This document shows, one piece after another, positions 44,373 through 53,670 of a stretch of 64,000 bases of DNA. The notes beneath the pieces were generated by a model, which was not told the DNA's origin, searched no databases, and saw only the letters and a program-made list of their open reading frames with translations. Positions within the stretch are counted from its first letter, which is position 1. Each line of letters begins with the position of its first letter. The position numbers were made by a program, and so were the translations under genes. This DNA is from a virus: IMG/VR virus record IMGVR_UViG_3300047471_000729, positions 28,967-92,966 of that record. The stretch is one strand, 5' to 3'.

Positions 44373-45457
44373 AAAACTATGTGGTAATGTTGGATAGCGG
44401 TGCCTGGACTGCCCATACCAAGGGTATGACGATTAACTTGGATAAGTATGCAGAATTTGTTCATCAGAATAAACATCTGTTTGGTGGTGGTGTGTTCAAT
44501 TTGGACTTCATAGATCCACCGGTCTCTGCTGCATACCAGACTGAATCAGCTGAAAAGAGCTATAAGAACTGGATTGAGCTGCGCAAGCTTGGGATTGATA
44601 CCATACCTGTTCACCATATTGGCGATGATGACGAGTCATACCTAAAGAAGTATTTAGAGCAGACTGATTATATTGGAATTGGTGCAATTGCCAAACTAAA
44701 CGCTGAAGCTCGAATTTACGGACTTGATTATATCTGGAAAGAATATCTGTCAAATAAGGATGGTACGCCCAGGTATAGATGTCATGGTCTTGGTTTGACT
44801 GATATCAAGATCACGCTGCGCTATCCTTGGTTCTCTGTGGATAGTACTCGTGCGATTATGCTGGCTGCACATGGTGGTATCTTGCTGCCTAAACTTGATG
44901 GTGACAAGTTCTCCTACAGAGAGATATACCAGGTTGCGGTGAGTAATCAAGGTCGTAGTCATTATCGGGGTAAGGGTGATAGTTTTTATGGCATGTCAAA
45001 GCTCATCCAGGGTCAGATAAAGCACTATTGTACTTCGTTAGGTTATGAGTTGGATGATTCTATTGCGGGACGTACACTTAATCCCCTGATGAAGAGTCGA
45101 AAGAAGGTAGATGGTAAGTGGACGTCAGATTTTGCTTCACGTCAATTGGGGTTCCCTGAAGAAGCTGCGCTTGCTGATGCTCCTTTAGTAAGTAACAATG
45201 TAGATGAGAAGAACTTGTCGGCAAGCTGGGTTCCCAGGTTTATCTTTAATCTATATGTGTCGGATCAGTTTATCAAGTATTGGCGCACACAAGGTAAAAC
45301 GATCAGGATCTATAATGTAGTTGGTGGAGGCAATGTGTTCGACACGTTTGTTGTTGGATCACAGAGTGTCCCAGCTAATAGATGCTTGGTCAGTTATGCT
45401 AGGCTTTCCGGTTCCTTTCTTGATCGGTTAAAAGAGGTTGTCAATGGACATCACTAG
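44369..45457 (+). CDS. DpdA/TGT-like deazaguanine base-exchange transglycosylase
   Basis: MLDSGAWT, NLDFI, IPVHH, YIGIG, HGLG, YPWFSVDST form a TGT-barrel motif set; context of folE/queC/queD/queE. Confidence 0.75.
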   Translation: MKNYVVMLDSGAWTAHTKGMTINLDKYAEFVHQNKHLFGGGVFNLDFIDPPVSAAYQTESAEKSYKNWIELRKLGIDTIPVHHIGDDDESYLKKYLEQTDYIGIGAIAKLNAEARIYGLDYIWKEYLSNKDGTPRYRCHGLGLTDIKITLRYPWFSVDSTRAIMLAAHGGILLPKLDGDKFSYREIYQVAVSNQGRSHYRGKGDSFYGMSKLIQGQIKHYCTSLGYELDDSIAGRTLNPLMKSRKKVDGKWTSDFASRQLGFPEEAALADAPLVSNNVDEKNLSASWVPRFIFNLYVSDQFIKYWRTQGKTIRIYNVVGGGNVFDTFVVGSQSVPANRCLVSYARLSGSFLDRLKEVVNGHH

Positions 45458-46460
45458 AGAAGCATTAACAAAGGCAATTGGTTTAGTTGTACCAGGTATT
45501 GCGAGGAAGGAAGTCTTTGATCAGGCTAATAAACTAGCCTTTGATCAAGGTAATCTGATATCTTACAATGATCAAGTTTCGATCTTTCACCCGCTTGAAG
45601 GAAGCGAAGAACTTTCCGGTGCTCTTGATGGTCGTCGCTTGTACGACCTTCTGAACAAGACTGATTCTAGTAATGTTAAGATGATCCAAAAGGGTAACAA
45701 TATTGAAGTAAGTGTTGGAAGGACCACGGTCAGTCTAATCACAGCACCGGTGGCTTTACCCTTTGCTGAGATCGACTGGACTGGTGAGGATCAGATTTTA
45801 CCGAATGATTTTAAGAAGGGGCTAAAGTTGGTTGCTAGTACCTGTGCGCGCGACATGAGTAGGCCCGTTTTGACCTGCGTTTATATGGCGGGTGAGTATC
45901 TGACTGGGTCAGATGGGTATCGCGTAGCCCAGTTTAGGATTGAAGGGGCGGATCTTCCATCTATTCTGTTACCCGTTACTGCTGCTGAATTGTTAGAGGA
46001 TGAGGATTACGTTATCAAGACTGTTGCCGTTGGAGAGAAAGGTGAGTGGGTTAGGTTTGCTACAGAAGACAATACTGTGATTTGTGCGCGTACGTCATCT
46101 GGTACTTACCCGGATCTCTCTGCCACATTGTCTACAGAGGGAGAGGATATTACTCTACCAAAGAGGTTAACCGAAACACTGGAGCGCGCGCAGATCTTTT
46201 CCAAGCGGGATCACAGGATTGACGAAGAGGTTAGAATCACTTTAAGTGGGACTCAAATTGTTGTTGGGGCTAGTTGTGATGGTGGAACGTTTAAGGAGAT
46301 TGTGAGGGCAAGTCAAGAAGTCAGTGGTGAGTTTATGTTTAATATACATCCTGAGTTCTTGTCGAGAGCTTTAACCGAAGAGAATGCAAACTGTGTCCTA
46401 AATACTTCGAAGATTAAGTTTACCGGACCGCAATGGGAACATGTGGTAGCACTTCGATGA
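45444..46460 (+). CDS. dnaN: DNA polymerase III beta-like sliding clamp
   Basis: SRPVLTCVY...GSDGYRVA, GTYPD, FNIHPEFL; ~340 aa. Confidence 0.82.
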   Translation: MDITREALTKAIGLVVPGIARKEVFDQANKLAFDQGNLISYNDQVSIFHPLEGSEELSGALDGRRLYDLLNKTDSSNVKMIQKGNNIEVSVGRTTVSLITAPVALPFAEIDWTGEDQILPNDFKKGLKLVASTCARDMSRPVLTCVYMAGEYLTGSDGYRVAQFRIEGADLPSILLPVTAAELLEDEDYVIKTVAVGEKGEWVRFATEDNTVICARTSSGTYPDLSATLSTEGEDITLPKRLTETLERAQIFSKRDHRIDEEVRITLSGTQIVVGASCDGGTFKEIVRASQEVSGEFMFNIHPEFLSRALTEENANCVLNTSKIKFTGPQWEHVVALR

Positions 46461-46645
46461 AGAAAGCTCAAGGTAATGATTTAGTTGAGGTCTCCGGCGA
46501 AGTTCGCAGTGAAACGGAGAAAGCCTATAGGTTTTATGACGGGAAAGAATACGTTTGGCTGCCTAAATCTCTGTGTGAGTGGGATAAAGGTGCTAAGGAA
46601 ATGACAATGCCCGAATGGCTTGCGCAGGACAAAGGACTCATCTAA
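46457..46645 (+). CDS. Small conserved phage protein
   Basis: ETEKAY...WLPKS....MPEWLA.DKGLI. Confidence 0.65.
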   Translation: MKKAQGNDLVEVSGEVRSETEKAYRFYDGKEYVWLPKSLCEWDKGAKEMTMPEWLAQDKGLI

Positions 46646-46905
46646 TGCGTATACACATCTATGAAGAAGAACTAGGTGAAGGTGTCGAACTTATCCGCAA
46701 GGATAACGTTAATGGTAACGAGACTTTTTATGGTCTTCGTATATGGCTTAAATCACCAAAAGAGATACTTGAGCATTCTACACCAGAAGATGACGATCGT
46801 AATGCCGTAACTTTTTGGTGCCGCTCAAAGGATGACCTGTTTGGGATGCTGGTTTCCATGTCAGATGCACTTGGTTGTTCGAGAATCACAAGGCTCGACG
46901 GGTGA
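46645..46905 (+). CDS. Hypothetical protein
   Basis: MRIHIYEEE...FYGLR...DDDRNAVTFW; TAATG-coupled. Confidence 0.6.
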   Translation: MRIHIYEEELGEGVELIRKDNVNGNETFYGLRIWLKSPKEILEHSTPEDDDRNAVTFWCRSKDDLFGMLVSMSDALGCSRITRLDG

Positions 46906-46908
46906 TAA

Positions 46909-48144
46909 ATGCCAATACCGAGGTTATTCGGGGATAATGAACCTCCAGCTAAAGGTGGGCTGGGTAAACCTCTGTCATGTGTATCTTGTGGTCTGTATAA
47001 TGGACCAATCAACCCAAAGATGCCTCCCTTCGGGGATTTCAAGAAACAGATTATGGTTATTGGTGAAGGACCCGGTGAACAAGAGGATCGAAAAGGTAGA
47101 CCATTCCAGGGACCAACCGGTAATGCTATCAAAGAAGCATTGAGTGATCTTGGTATTGATCTATTTCGTGATTGTATAAATTTGAATGCAGTTAATTGTC
47201 GACCACCTAGTAATAGAGCACCATCTGTCCACGAGATTGCGTGTTGTAGAGCGCGGATAGTGTCCCCCGCTATAGCTGCGCATAGTCCTCGATTAATGCT
47301 GCTACTGGGCGGGAGCGCCGTTACTAGTGTCCTTGGAAGTGTGCTACCGGAAGCGCAGGACTCGAGCATTGGAAAGTGGCGTGGTTTTCACATCCCTCTA
47401 CCGGAATTAGGTGCCTGGATTTGCCCAACGTATCATCCCAGTTATGTTTCCAGGTCCAGTGATAGGCCTGAAGTAGAGACAGTTTGGAAGAATGATTTGA
47501 AACAAGCTATTGACTTGCTAAATGTATCTGTACCCAGAGTAGAGATTTTACGTAATAGGATTGTTCTTCTTCATGGTGAAGAAGAGATTCTTAGAGCATT
47601 GAATAGGGTAAAAGTACGAAAAGGTCTGTTCTCATTTGATTATGAGACTGTAGGATTAAGTGCAAAGTTACACAGTATAGTTTGTGCGTCTTTTTGTCAG
47701 TCACCTGAGCGTGCGTATGCGTTTATGTTTACTGATGCTTCCGAGGCTGTTCGTCAAGCTTGGCGGGATATTCTAGTAAACGAAGATATTGGTAAGATCT
47801 CACATAATCTATCATTTGAATATGAGTGGAGCCGCTTCCATTTTGATATTGATGAGATAAATTGGGCTTGGGATAGTATGCTTGCAGCACATGTTATTGA
47901 TAATCGTACGGGTATTTGTGGGTTAAAGTTTCAATCTTTTATCAATTTTGGTGTTGTAGGGTATGAGAATTTAATCGATCCCTATTTAAAGTCTGTAACA
48001 CCGCGAGATCCCACTGCGCCAAACCGTATACTAGAGTTTATAGAGAGGCATGGTGAAGATGAATGCCTAATCTATTGCGGGATTGACTCCCTTCTCGCCT
48101 ATAGGTTAACCATGAAGCAAATGAAAGAGATTGAAGATGGCTGA
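46909..48144 (+). CDS. Family-4 uracil-DNA glycosylase fused to 3'-5' exonuclease (N-terminal part of a split PolA)
   Basis: CVSCGL, GEGPG..ED..GRPF.G, NAVNCRPP.NR, TYHPS; ExoI FDYET, ExoII HNLSFE, ExoIII YCGID. Confidence 0.9.
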   Translation: MPIPRLFGDNEPPAKGGLGKPLSCVSCGLYNGPINPKMPPFGDFKKQIMVIGEGPGEQEDRKGRPFQGPTGNAIKEALSDLGIDLFRDCINLNAVNCRPPSNRAPSVHEIACCRARIVSPAIAAHSPRLMLLLGGSAVTSVLGSVLPEAQDSSIGKWRGFHIPLPELGAWICPTYHPSYVSRSSDRPEVETVWKNDLKQAIDLLNVSVPRVEILRNRIVLLHGEEEILRALNRVKVRKGLFSFDYETVGLSAKLHSIVCASFCQSPERAYAFMFTDASEAVRQAWRDILVNEDIGKISHNLSFEYEWSRFHFDIDEINWAWDSMLAAHVIDNRTGICGLKFQSFINFGVVGYENLIDPYLKSVTPRDPTAPNRILEFIERHGEDECLIYCGIDSLLAYRLTMKQMKEIEDG

Positions 48145-48343
48145 TGTTCACTTTGATTTTGGTATTTGGAATCAAAAGGCAGGTTGGATAGGAAAGTGCC
48201 CTAAACATGGTCCTCAGCAGAGTGGTCTTTCTATTTCCCTCCCACCCCTAATTAGAAATTATTGTGGTGAATGTTTAATTGAATTGTTAGATCAGTTTTG
48301 TCATCCTCTGGAGTACGTCAATGAAAATGATGGAAGCCTATAA
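48137..48343 (+). CDS. Small Cys/His protein between the polymerase halves
   Basis: CPKHG...YCGEC; overlaps both neighbours. Confidence 0.55.
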   Translation: MADVHFDFGIWNQKAGWIGKCPKHGPQQSGLSISLPPLIRNYCGECLIELLDQFCHPLEYVNENDGSL

Positions 48344-49700
48344 GCTGCTCCAACGAGGGGCTGAAGCTCTTACCCTTGTAGAGGAAGCGGGGATTTGTAT
48401 TGATCTTGTTTATGTTAGGGAGAAACTGGCTTGGGTTGAGCAAAAGTTAAAGCAGTCAGAATTACGACTAAAGAGCAGTGAGTTAGGCATTGCTTGGCTT
48501 GGTCGCTATGGTGATGCAATGAAGATTCAAAGTGTCCCTCAATTGAGACACATCCTTTATCAGGATATGCGAGCTAAACCATTCAAGATGTCTGAGGGTG
48601 GTGAAGAGAGTACAAACGAGGAATCCCTTCGACAGACTAATGTTGATGGTGTTGTCCATTTGTTGCGGATGCGGAGGCTGAAAAAGGCTAAAGATGTTTT
48701 GAAAGTGTTGATTAGATCTACAGTCAATGGCAAGATCCACCCATCTTTTCTGTTGCATACAGTATCAACGTATAGATCGTCTAGTGCTGATCCCAACCTG
48801 CAGAATATACCAGCCCGAGATAAAGAAATTATGGACATCTGTAGAAGGGCGTTTCTTCCCAGCCCTGGTCATATTTTGATGGAGATTGACTTTTCAGGTA
48901 TTGAAGTCGGTATTGCAGCAACTTATCACAAAGATCCTGTAATGATTAAGTACTTACAGGATGAGACAAGTGATATGCACGGGGATATGGCAGGTGAGAT
49001 TTTCTTGCTGCCCAAATTGAATACCCCTCTCAAAGAGATGGAAGGTGGGTATACATTAAGGCAGTCAGCAAAGAACGGGTTTGTCTTCCCGCAATTCTAC
49101 GGTGACTATTACGAGCCCTGCGCGCTTAATGTCGCTTGTTCCTGGTGCAAGCTACCAAAGGATGGAATGTGGAAGCCTAATCACGGTGTTGTATTTAATG
49201 GTAAACCCATAGGGGAACATTTGATATCTAAAGACATTGATTCGTTTAGTGTATTTGTTGATCACATGGAACGGGTACAAAACAACTTTTGGGGCAAGCG
49301 TTTCAAAGTATATAATGCTTGGAGAAAGACTTGGCATTCTAAGTACCAAAAGACCGGTGAATTTGAAATGAAGACCGGGTTTAGGGTCTCCGGTGTTATG
49401 GAAAAGAATCAAGTAATCAATTTCCCTGTACAAGGGGCCGCATTCCATTGTTTGTTATGGTCTTTGATTGAAATGGTAAAGCAGTTAAAGGGTTGGCAGA
49501 GTAAGGTGGTTGGTGAGATACACGACAGTATGCTGATAGATGCACATCCAGACGAGATCTCTGATATTATTCTAATGGCGCAGCAAATCTGCACGGTCGA
49601 TCTACCAAACCACTGGTCTTGGATAGATATACCTATGCGTATCGAAGTTGCTGCCTCAGAAATAGATGGTAACTGGGCTGAAATGAAAGGTGCAGCATGA
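48321..49700 (+). CDS. polA: Family A DNA polymerase, polymerase domain
   Basis: RSSSADPNLQNIP, motif A DFSGIE, motif B RQSAK...FYG, NFPVQG, motif C IHDS. Confidence 0.93.
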   Translation: MKMMEAYKLLQRGAEALTLVEEAGICIDLVYVREKLAWVEQKLKQSELRLKSSELGIAWLGRYGDAMKIQSVPQLRHILYQDMRAKPFKMSEGGEESTNEESLRQTNVDGVVHLLRMRRLKKAKDVLKVLIRSTVNGKIHPSFLLHTVSTYRSSSADPNLQNIPARDKEIMDICRRAFLPSPGHILMEIDFSGIEVGIAATYHKDPVMIKYLQDETSDMHGDMAGEIFLLPKLNTPLKEMEGGYTLRQSAKNGFVFPQFYGDYYEPCALNVACSWCKLPKDGMWKPNHGVVFNGKPIGEHLISKDIDSFSVFVDHMERVQNNFWGKRFKVYNAWRKTWHSKYQKTGEFEMKTGFRVSGVMEKNQVINFPVQGAAFHCLLWSLIEMVKQLKGWQSKVVGEIHDSMLIDAHPDEISDIILMAQQICTVDLPNHWSWIDIPMRIEVAASEIDGNWAEMKGAA

Positions 49701-50656
49701 GTTTATATCAAAAATATCGTCCCCATTCTTTTGCTGAGATGGTCGGTAATGAAACGCTTGTATCTAATCTTAAAGGGTTGTTGGCTCTTGATGATCCTCC
49801 ACATGCTTTTCTATTTCACGGACCCACTGGGTGTGGAAAAACGACACTGGGGAGGATAGTCGCAACCGAGTTAGGTTGTCATGAACAAGACTTTAAGGAA
49901 ATAGACACTGCTGACTTTCGTGGTATTGATACTGCTCGTACTATTAGGCATAACGCACACTATAAGGCATTGGGTGGCACCAGACGTGCCTGGCTTATTG
50001 ATGAGGCACATAAGCTGACTAATGATGCGCAAAATGCTTTGTTAAAGGGTCTGGAAGATCCACCAGATCATTGTTTTTATGTGCTTGCTACTACTGATCC
50101 TGATAAGCTTCTTGATACAATAAAGGGTAGATGCTCTGTTCACACGGTCAGTCCATTGACTATACCGAATATGGTCAGGTTAATGGTTAAGGTATGCGCC
50201 CGTGAGCATGTATCTTTACCAAAGAATGTACTAAGTGCTGTAGCGCTTAAGGCTTCACTTGGGTTTGACGCTGACAAAGTTGATATTGATAAAGCCGAGA
50301 TATGTTATCCCAGACACGCTCTTCAGCTTTTAGAAAAAGTCGTTGCGGCGGGTCCAGATGATTATATTAAGGTAATTGAAGCGTCCGACAATATAGCTAA
50401 GAATGCAGACAGGTTGGTGACATCGTTGCTTCAAAAACATCGTTGGCGTCAAGTTAGTTCGATTCTATCGATAATTCCTGAAGATGATGTTGAAATAACC
50501 CGTAGGCGTGTAATTGGTTATGCTCGTCAGGTTCTGTTGAATGGAGATGGGAATGACGTTGCTGCTGAAATAATTCATCATTTTTCAGCACCATTCTTTG
50601 ATAGTGGACCTCCTGGTCTAGCATTGGCATGTTATATGGTAATCAAAAGTGGGTGA
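49697..50656 (+). CDS. Clamp-loader ATPase (DnaX gamma/tau-like)
   Basis: LYQKYRP..F..MVG, GPTGCGKTT, IDEAHKL, NALLK.LEDPP, TIKGRC. Confidence 0.9.
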   Translation: MSLYQKYRPHSFAEMVGNETLVSNLKGLLALDDPPHAFLFHGPTGCGKTTLGRIVATELGCHEQDFKEIDTADFRGIDTARTIRHNAHYKALGGTRRAWLIDEAHKLTNDAQNALLKGLEDPPDHCFYVLATTDPDKLLDTIKGRCSVHTVSPLTIPNMVRLMVKVCAREHVSLPKNVLSAVALKASLGFDADKVDIDKAEICYPRHALQLLEKVVAAGPDDYIKVIEASDNIAKNADRLVTSLLQKHRWRQVSSILSIIPEDDVEITRRRVIGYARQVLLNGDGNDVAAEIIHHFSAPFFDSGPPGLALACYMVIKSG

Positions 50657-50687
50657 CGTAATCGTATAATATAGTAGGAGATGTCAA

Positions 50688-51155
50688 GTGTCCTATGAGC
50701 AAGACATTGAGATTGATGAATCCGCTCTAGATGTAGAATGGGTAGATCATTCACGTAGGATGCTTGTGTACACAACCAATGCAGCTGAGGCACATCGCGA
50801 TATGGATTTGGCAAAGGCGCAAGTTGACTATGTTAAAGCCCGACTTGATAAAGAAGTAAGAGAAGATCCCAGGGCGTTTGGTCTTGGAGATCGTATAACA
50901 GAGGGAGCAATTTCTTCTGTAATTACTATCAATGATGAATATGATGCAATTAATCGAGACTATATTGAAAAGAAGTATCAATATGAGGTGGCCACTGGAG
51001 TTGTTAAGTCGTTTGAGCATCGCAAAAGTGCCTTGGAAAATTTAGTGAGGCTGCATGGGCAAAGTTACTTTGCAGGACCCTCGGTTCCGCATAATTTATC
51101 CGAAGAGAGGCAAAAGCGAATTAATCGATCTATTAGACTACAGAGGAGAAATTGA
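50688..51155 (+). CDS. UvsY-like recombination mediator
   Basis: Helical DIEIDE..LD.EW...ITEGAI...KSALENLV; upstream of SSB and RecA. Confidence 0.6.
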   Translation: MSYEQDIEIDESALDVEWVDHSRRMLVYTTNAAEAHRDMDLAKAQVDYVKARLDKEVREDPRAFGLGDRITEGAISSVITINDEYDAINRDYIEKKYQYEVATGVVKSFEHRKSALENLVRLHGQSYFAGPSVPHNLSEERQKRINRSIRLQRRN

Positions 51156-51341
51156 TTGGAATTTGCAATCGCAATCGTGGTTGTGGGTTTAGCCGCCTTG
51201 CCTTTCTATGTTTTTGTATTGGCTAAGTGCGCAGCATCGGGTTGGGCCGCTGGGACGATATCTTATCTGTCCTATACACGGAGGAAACAATCTAATGGCA
51301 AAGAGTCGCTTCACGAGTTTCAAGGACAAGATTGTCTTTAA
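51156..51341 (+). CDS. Small membrane protein
   Basis: Hydrophobic N-terminus; GAGGAG RBS + TTG. Confidence 0.45.
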   Translation: MEFAIAIVVVGLAALPFYVFVLAKCAASGWAAGTISYLSYTRRKQSNGKESLHEFQGQDCL

Positions 51342-52446
51342 CGCTACTCAACAGCGTAACAAGGCAGCAAATTACGGTCATTTATCCATCCCGCGAGGAT
51401 TTACGGTCTTCAAGGAAGAGCCCGGTTCCCGCATTTCTATTGATATTATGTCTTATGTTGTCACAGACCCCAACCATCCAGATAAGGATGAGACAACGGG
51501 TAGTGCTGAAAAGGGTGGTCTTTGGTACCGTCGCCCTTACAAGTTGCATCGTAATGTTGGTGCTGATAAGTCATCGGTTGTCTGCCCCACAAGTATTGGG
51601 AAGAAGTGTCCGATTTGCGAGTATCGGTCAAAACTTCTTTCTGATGGTGTGGATTGGAAAGATGATGCAGTAAAGAACGCCCGTCCCAGTTCGCGGTCAC
51701 TTTATTTGATTATTCCCAAGGATAACAAGAAGTTTGAAGAGAAACCGCATCTTTGGGATATATCGGACTTTCTGTTCCAGGCTAAGTTGAATAATGAGAT
51801 TGAGGAAAACCCTGATGAGCTTGGGGATTTTCCGCATCCTGCTAATGGGTTGACGTTAAAGATCCGATTCTCTGAAGAGAAGCTTGGTGGGAACACGTTT
51901 GCGGAAACCTCGCGCATTGATTTTGAACAGCGTGGGTATGCTTACGATGATGCCACTATTGATGCACTGCCCTCACTTGACGAGGTCGTTACAATTAAGG
52001 ATTACAAGGAAATCCAAAAGATGTTCCTTGAGGGTGGGGATGATGATGAACCAGAGGAAGAGAAACCAGTTATTCAGGTTACTCGTATCTCTGCGCGAAC
52101 CGCACCCGCGCGAACTACACCAATAAGAACTGTTGTTGTACCTATAGAGGAAGAGACCGAAGAGGAACCAGAGGAGGAGCCCGAAGAGCCCGAAGAGGAG
52201 ACACGTACGCCTTCTGTTTACCGTAGGCCTACACCGGTAGCGAAACCTGCAGAAAAGCCCGCAGCAAAGCCTCTAACACGTGGAGCGCCTCCGCCTGCTG
52301 CTCGTCCTGCTAAGGTAGCGGCCCCAGCTGAAGCTGGTACTTGTCCCCACGGATTTGTATTTGGTGAGGAATGCGATAAGCACGATCAGTGCGAAGATTG
52401 TCCAGTTTGGACTGATTGCTACAATGCGAGTGGAAAAGCAGCATAA
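51295..52446 (+). CDS. gp32-like single-stranded DNA-binding protein
   Basis: Start MAKSRF after GGAGG; LHRNVG...VCP...KKCPICE; acidic/Pro-rich tail ending in a Cys cluster. Confidence 0.7.
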   Translation: MAKSRFTSFKDKIVFNATQQRNKAANYGHLSIPRGFTVFKEEPGSRISIDIMSYVVTDPNHPDKDETTGSAEKGGLWYRRPYKLHRNVGADKSSVVCPTSIGKKCPICEYRSKLLSDGVDWKDDAVKNARPSSRSLYLIIPKDNKKFEEKPHLWDISDFLFQAKLNNEIEENPDELGDFPHPANGLTLKIRFSEEKLGGNTFAETSRIDFEQRGYAYDDATIDALPSLDEVVTIKDYKEIQKMFLEGGDDDEPEEEKPVIQVTRISARTAPARTTPIRTVVVPIEEETEEEPEEEPEEPEEETRTPSVYRRPTPVAKPAEKPAAKPLTRGAPPPAARPAKVAAPAEAGTCPHGFVFGEECDKHDQCEDCPVWTDCYNASGKAA

Positions 52447-53486
52447 TGACAGCATCACCTGATCTTGCACAACAAGTAGAGGCTAGGTTAAAGAAGCCTC
52501 TTGTAAGGCGTTCCCCCTTAGCAGGTACTGAGCACGTTATCTCCACAGGATCTACTTTGCTTGATATGGCAATCTCCGGTGGTCGCTTTAAAGAAGGCGG
52601 CCTACCGGGTGGGATCCTGGTTGAGATCTTTGGTCCTTCCAGTTGTGGCAAGACTGTGATGTTGTGTGAACTTGCGGGCGCTGTGCAACGCAAGGGTGGT
52701 AGGGTAATGTTTCGTGATCCGGAGGCTAGACTAAATGCGCAGTTCGCTAAGTTGTTTGGGTTTAAGGTTGAAGATTGCGACTACAAGCAACCTGATACGG
52801 TGCCTGAATTATTTGAGCCAGTCAGAAGTTGGAATCCTGAGTCCGAGAATGGCACGATTAATGGTGTCTTTGCGGACTCGCTTGCAGCGCTATCAACTAA
52901 GATGGAAATGGAGGATGCAGATAAATACGGGATGCGTAGAGCAAAAGAATTTAGTGAAGAATGCCGGAAAACGTGTCGAATCCTGACCCAGCGCAATCTA
53001 TTGATGGTTTGTTCTAATCAGGTTAGGCAAAATATTGATACAAACCCCTTTGCCGAAAAGTATACCAGTCCCGGTGGCGTCTCCATTGGCTTTTATTCAA
53101 GTCTGAGGTTGCGTTGTCATACACCAAAAAAGATTGGGATTGAAAAAGATATTGGCAAGAGTAAGTTTAAGCGGGTTGTAGGTGTTGAAACTTCAGTTGA
53201 AGTGTATAAGAGCAGCCTGGATGTTCCATTCCGTACAGCACCATTGTATATCATGTACGACTTTGGCATAGACGACATCCGCGCTAATTTAATCTACAAT
53301 AAGTCGATAGTGGGCTCCCAAACGTATAATATTGGTGAAAGAAGGTTGCATACTGGTCTTGATAAATCTATTAGAATAGTCGAAGAAGAGGGACTTGAAC
53401 CAGAATTAAAGAAAGAGACTATTCAATTATGGCACGAAGTTGAAGAGAAGTTTAAGATAAATCGCAAACCAAAGAGGCGAGAGTGA
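52446..53486 (+). CDS. recA: RecA/UvsX recombinase
   Basis: ISTGS..LD.A...GGLP.G..VEIFGPSSCGKT, DSLAAL, NQVR, SPGG....FYSSLRL. Confidence 0.92.
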   Translation: MTASPDLAQQVEARLKKPLVRRSPLAGTEHVISTGSTLLDMAISGGRFKEGGLPGGILVEIFGPSSCGKTVMLCELAGAVQRKGGRVMFRDPEARLNAQFAKLFGFKVEDCDYKQPDTVPELFEPVRSWNPESENGTINGVFADSLAALSTKMEMEDADKYGMRRAKEFSEECRKTCRILTQRNLLMVCSNQVRQNIDTNPFAEKYTSPGGVSIGFYSSLRLRCHTPKKIGIEKDIGKSKFKRVVGVETSVEVYKSSLDVPFRTAPLYIMYDFGIDDIRANLIYNKSIVGSQTYNIGERRLHTGLDKSIRIVEEEGLEPELKKETIQLWHEVEEKFKINRKPKRRE

Positions 53487-53659
53487 GTGACCAAGGTAGA
53501 ACAACCAGATATATTTACGCGGCAGGGTCCCTGGTTGAAGCTGACTTAGGGTCCAGATATAATTACTTGTATTTCTTTATTGGAGTTTTGATCGTGGCAG
53601 CAATAGGAGGTGGATTGTATGTAGGAACTTACGTAGTGTCTGCGTGTTTTTCGAAGTGA
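53483..53659 (+). CDS. Small membrane protein (58 aa, not in the ORF track)
   Basis: GTGA overlap with the recA stop; hydrophobic FFIGVLIVAAIGGGLYVG. Confidence 0.45.
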   Translation: MSDQGRTTRYIYAAGSLVEADLGSRYNYLYFFIGVLIVAAIGGGLYVGTYVVSACFSK

Positions 53660-53670
53660 AGGAGGAATAG

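Noticed and set aside
48145-48320. Group I intron or intein interrupting the DNA polymerase
   Set aside because: Only ~176 nt, filled by a coupled small ORF; no recognisable intron core or intein termini; both halves have their own stop and start.
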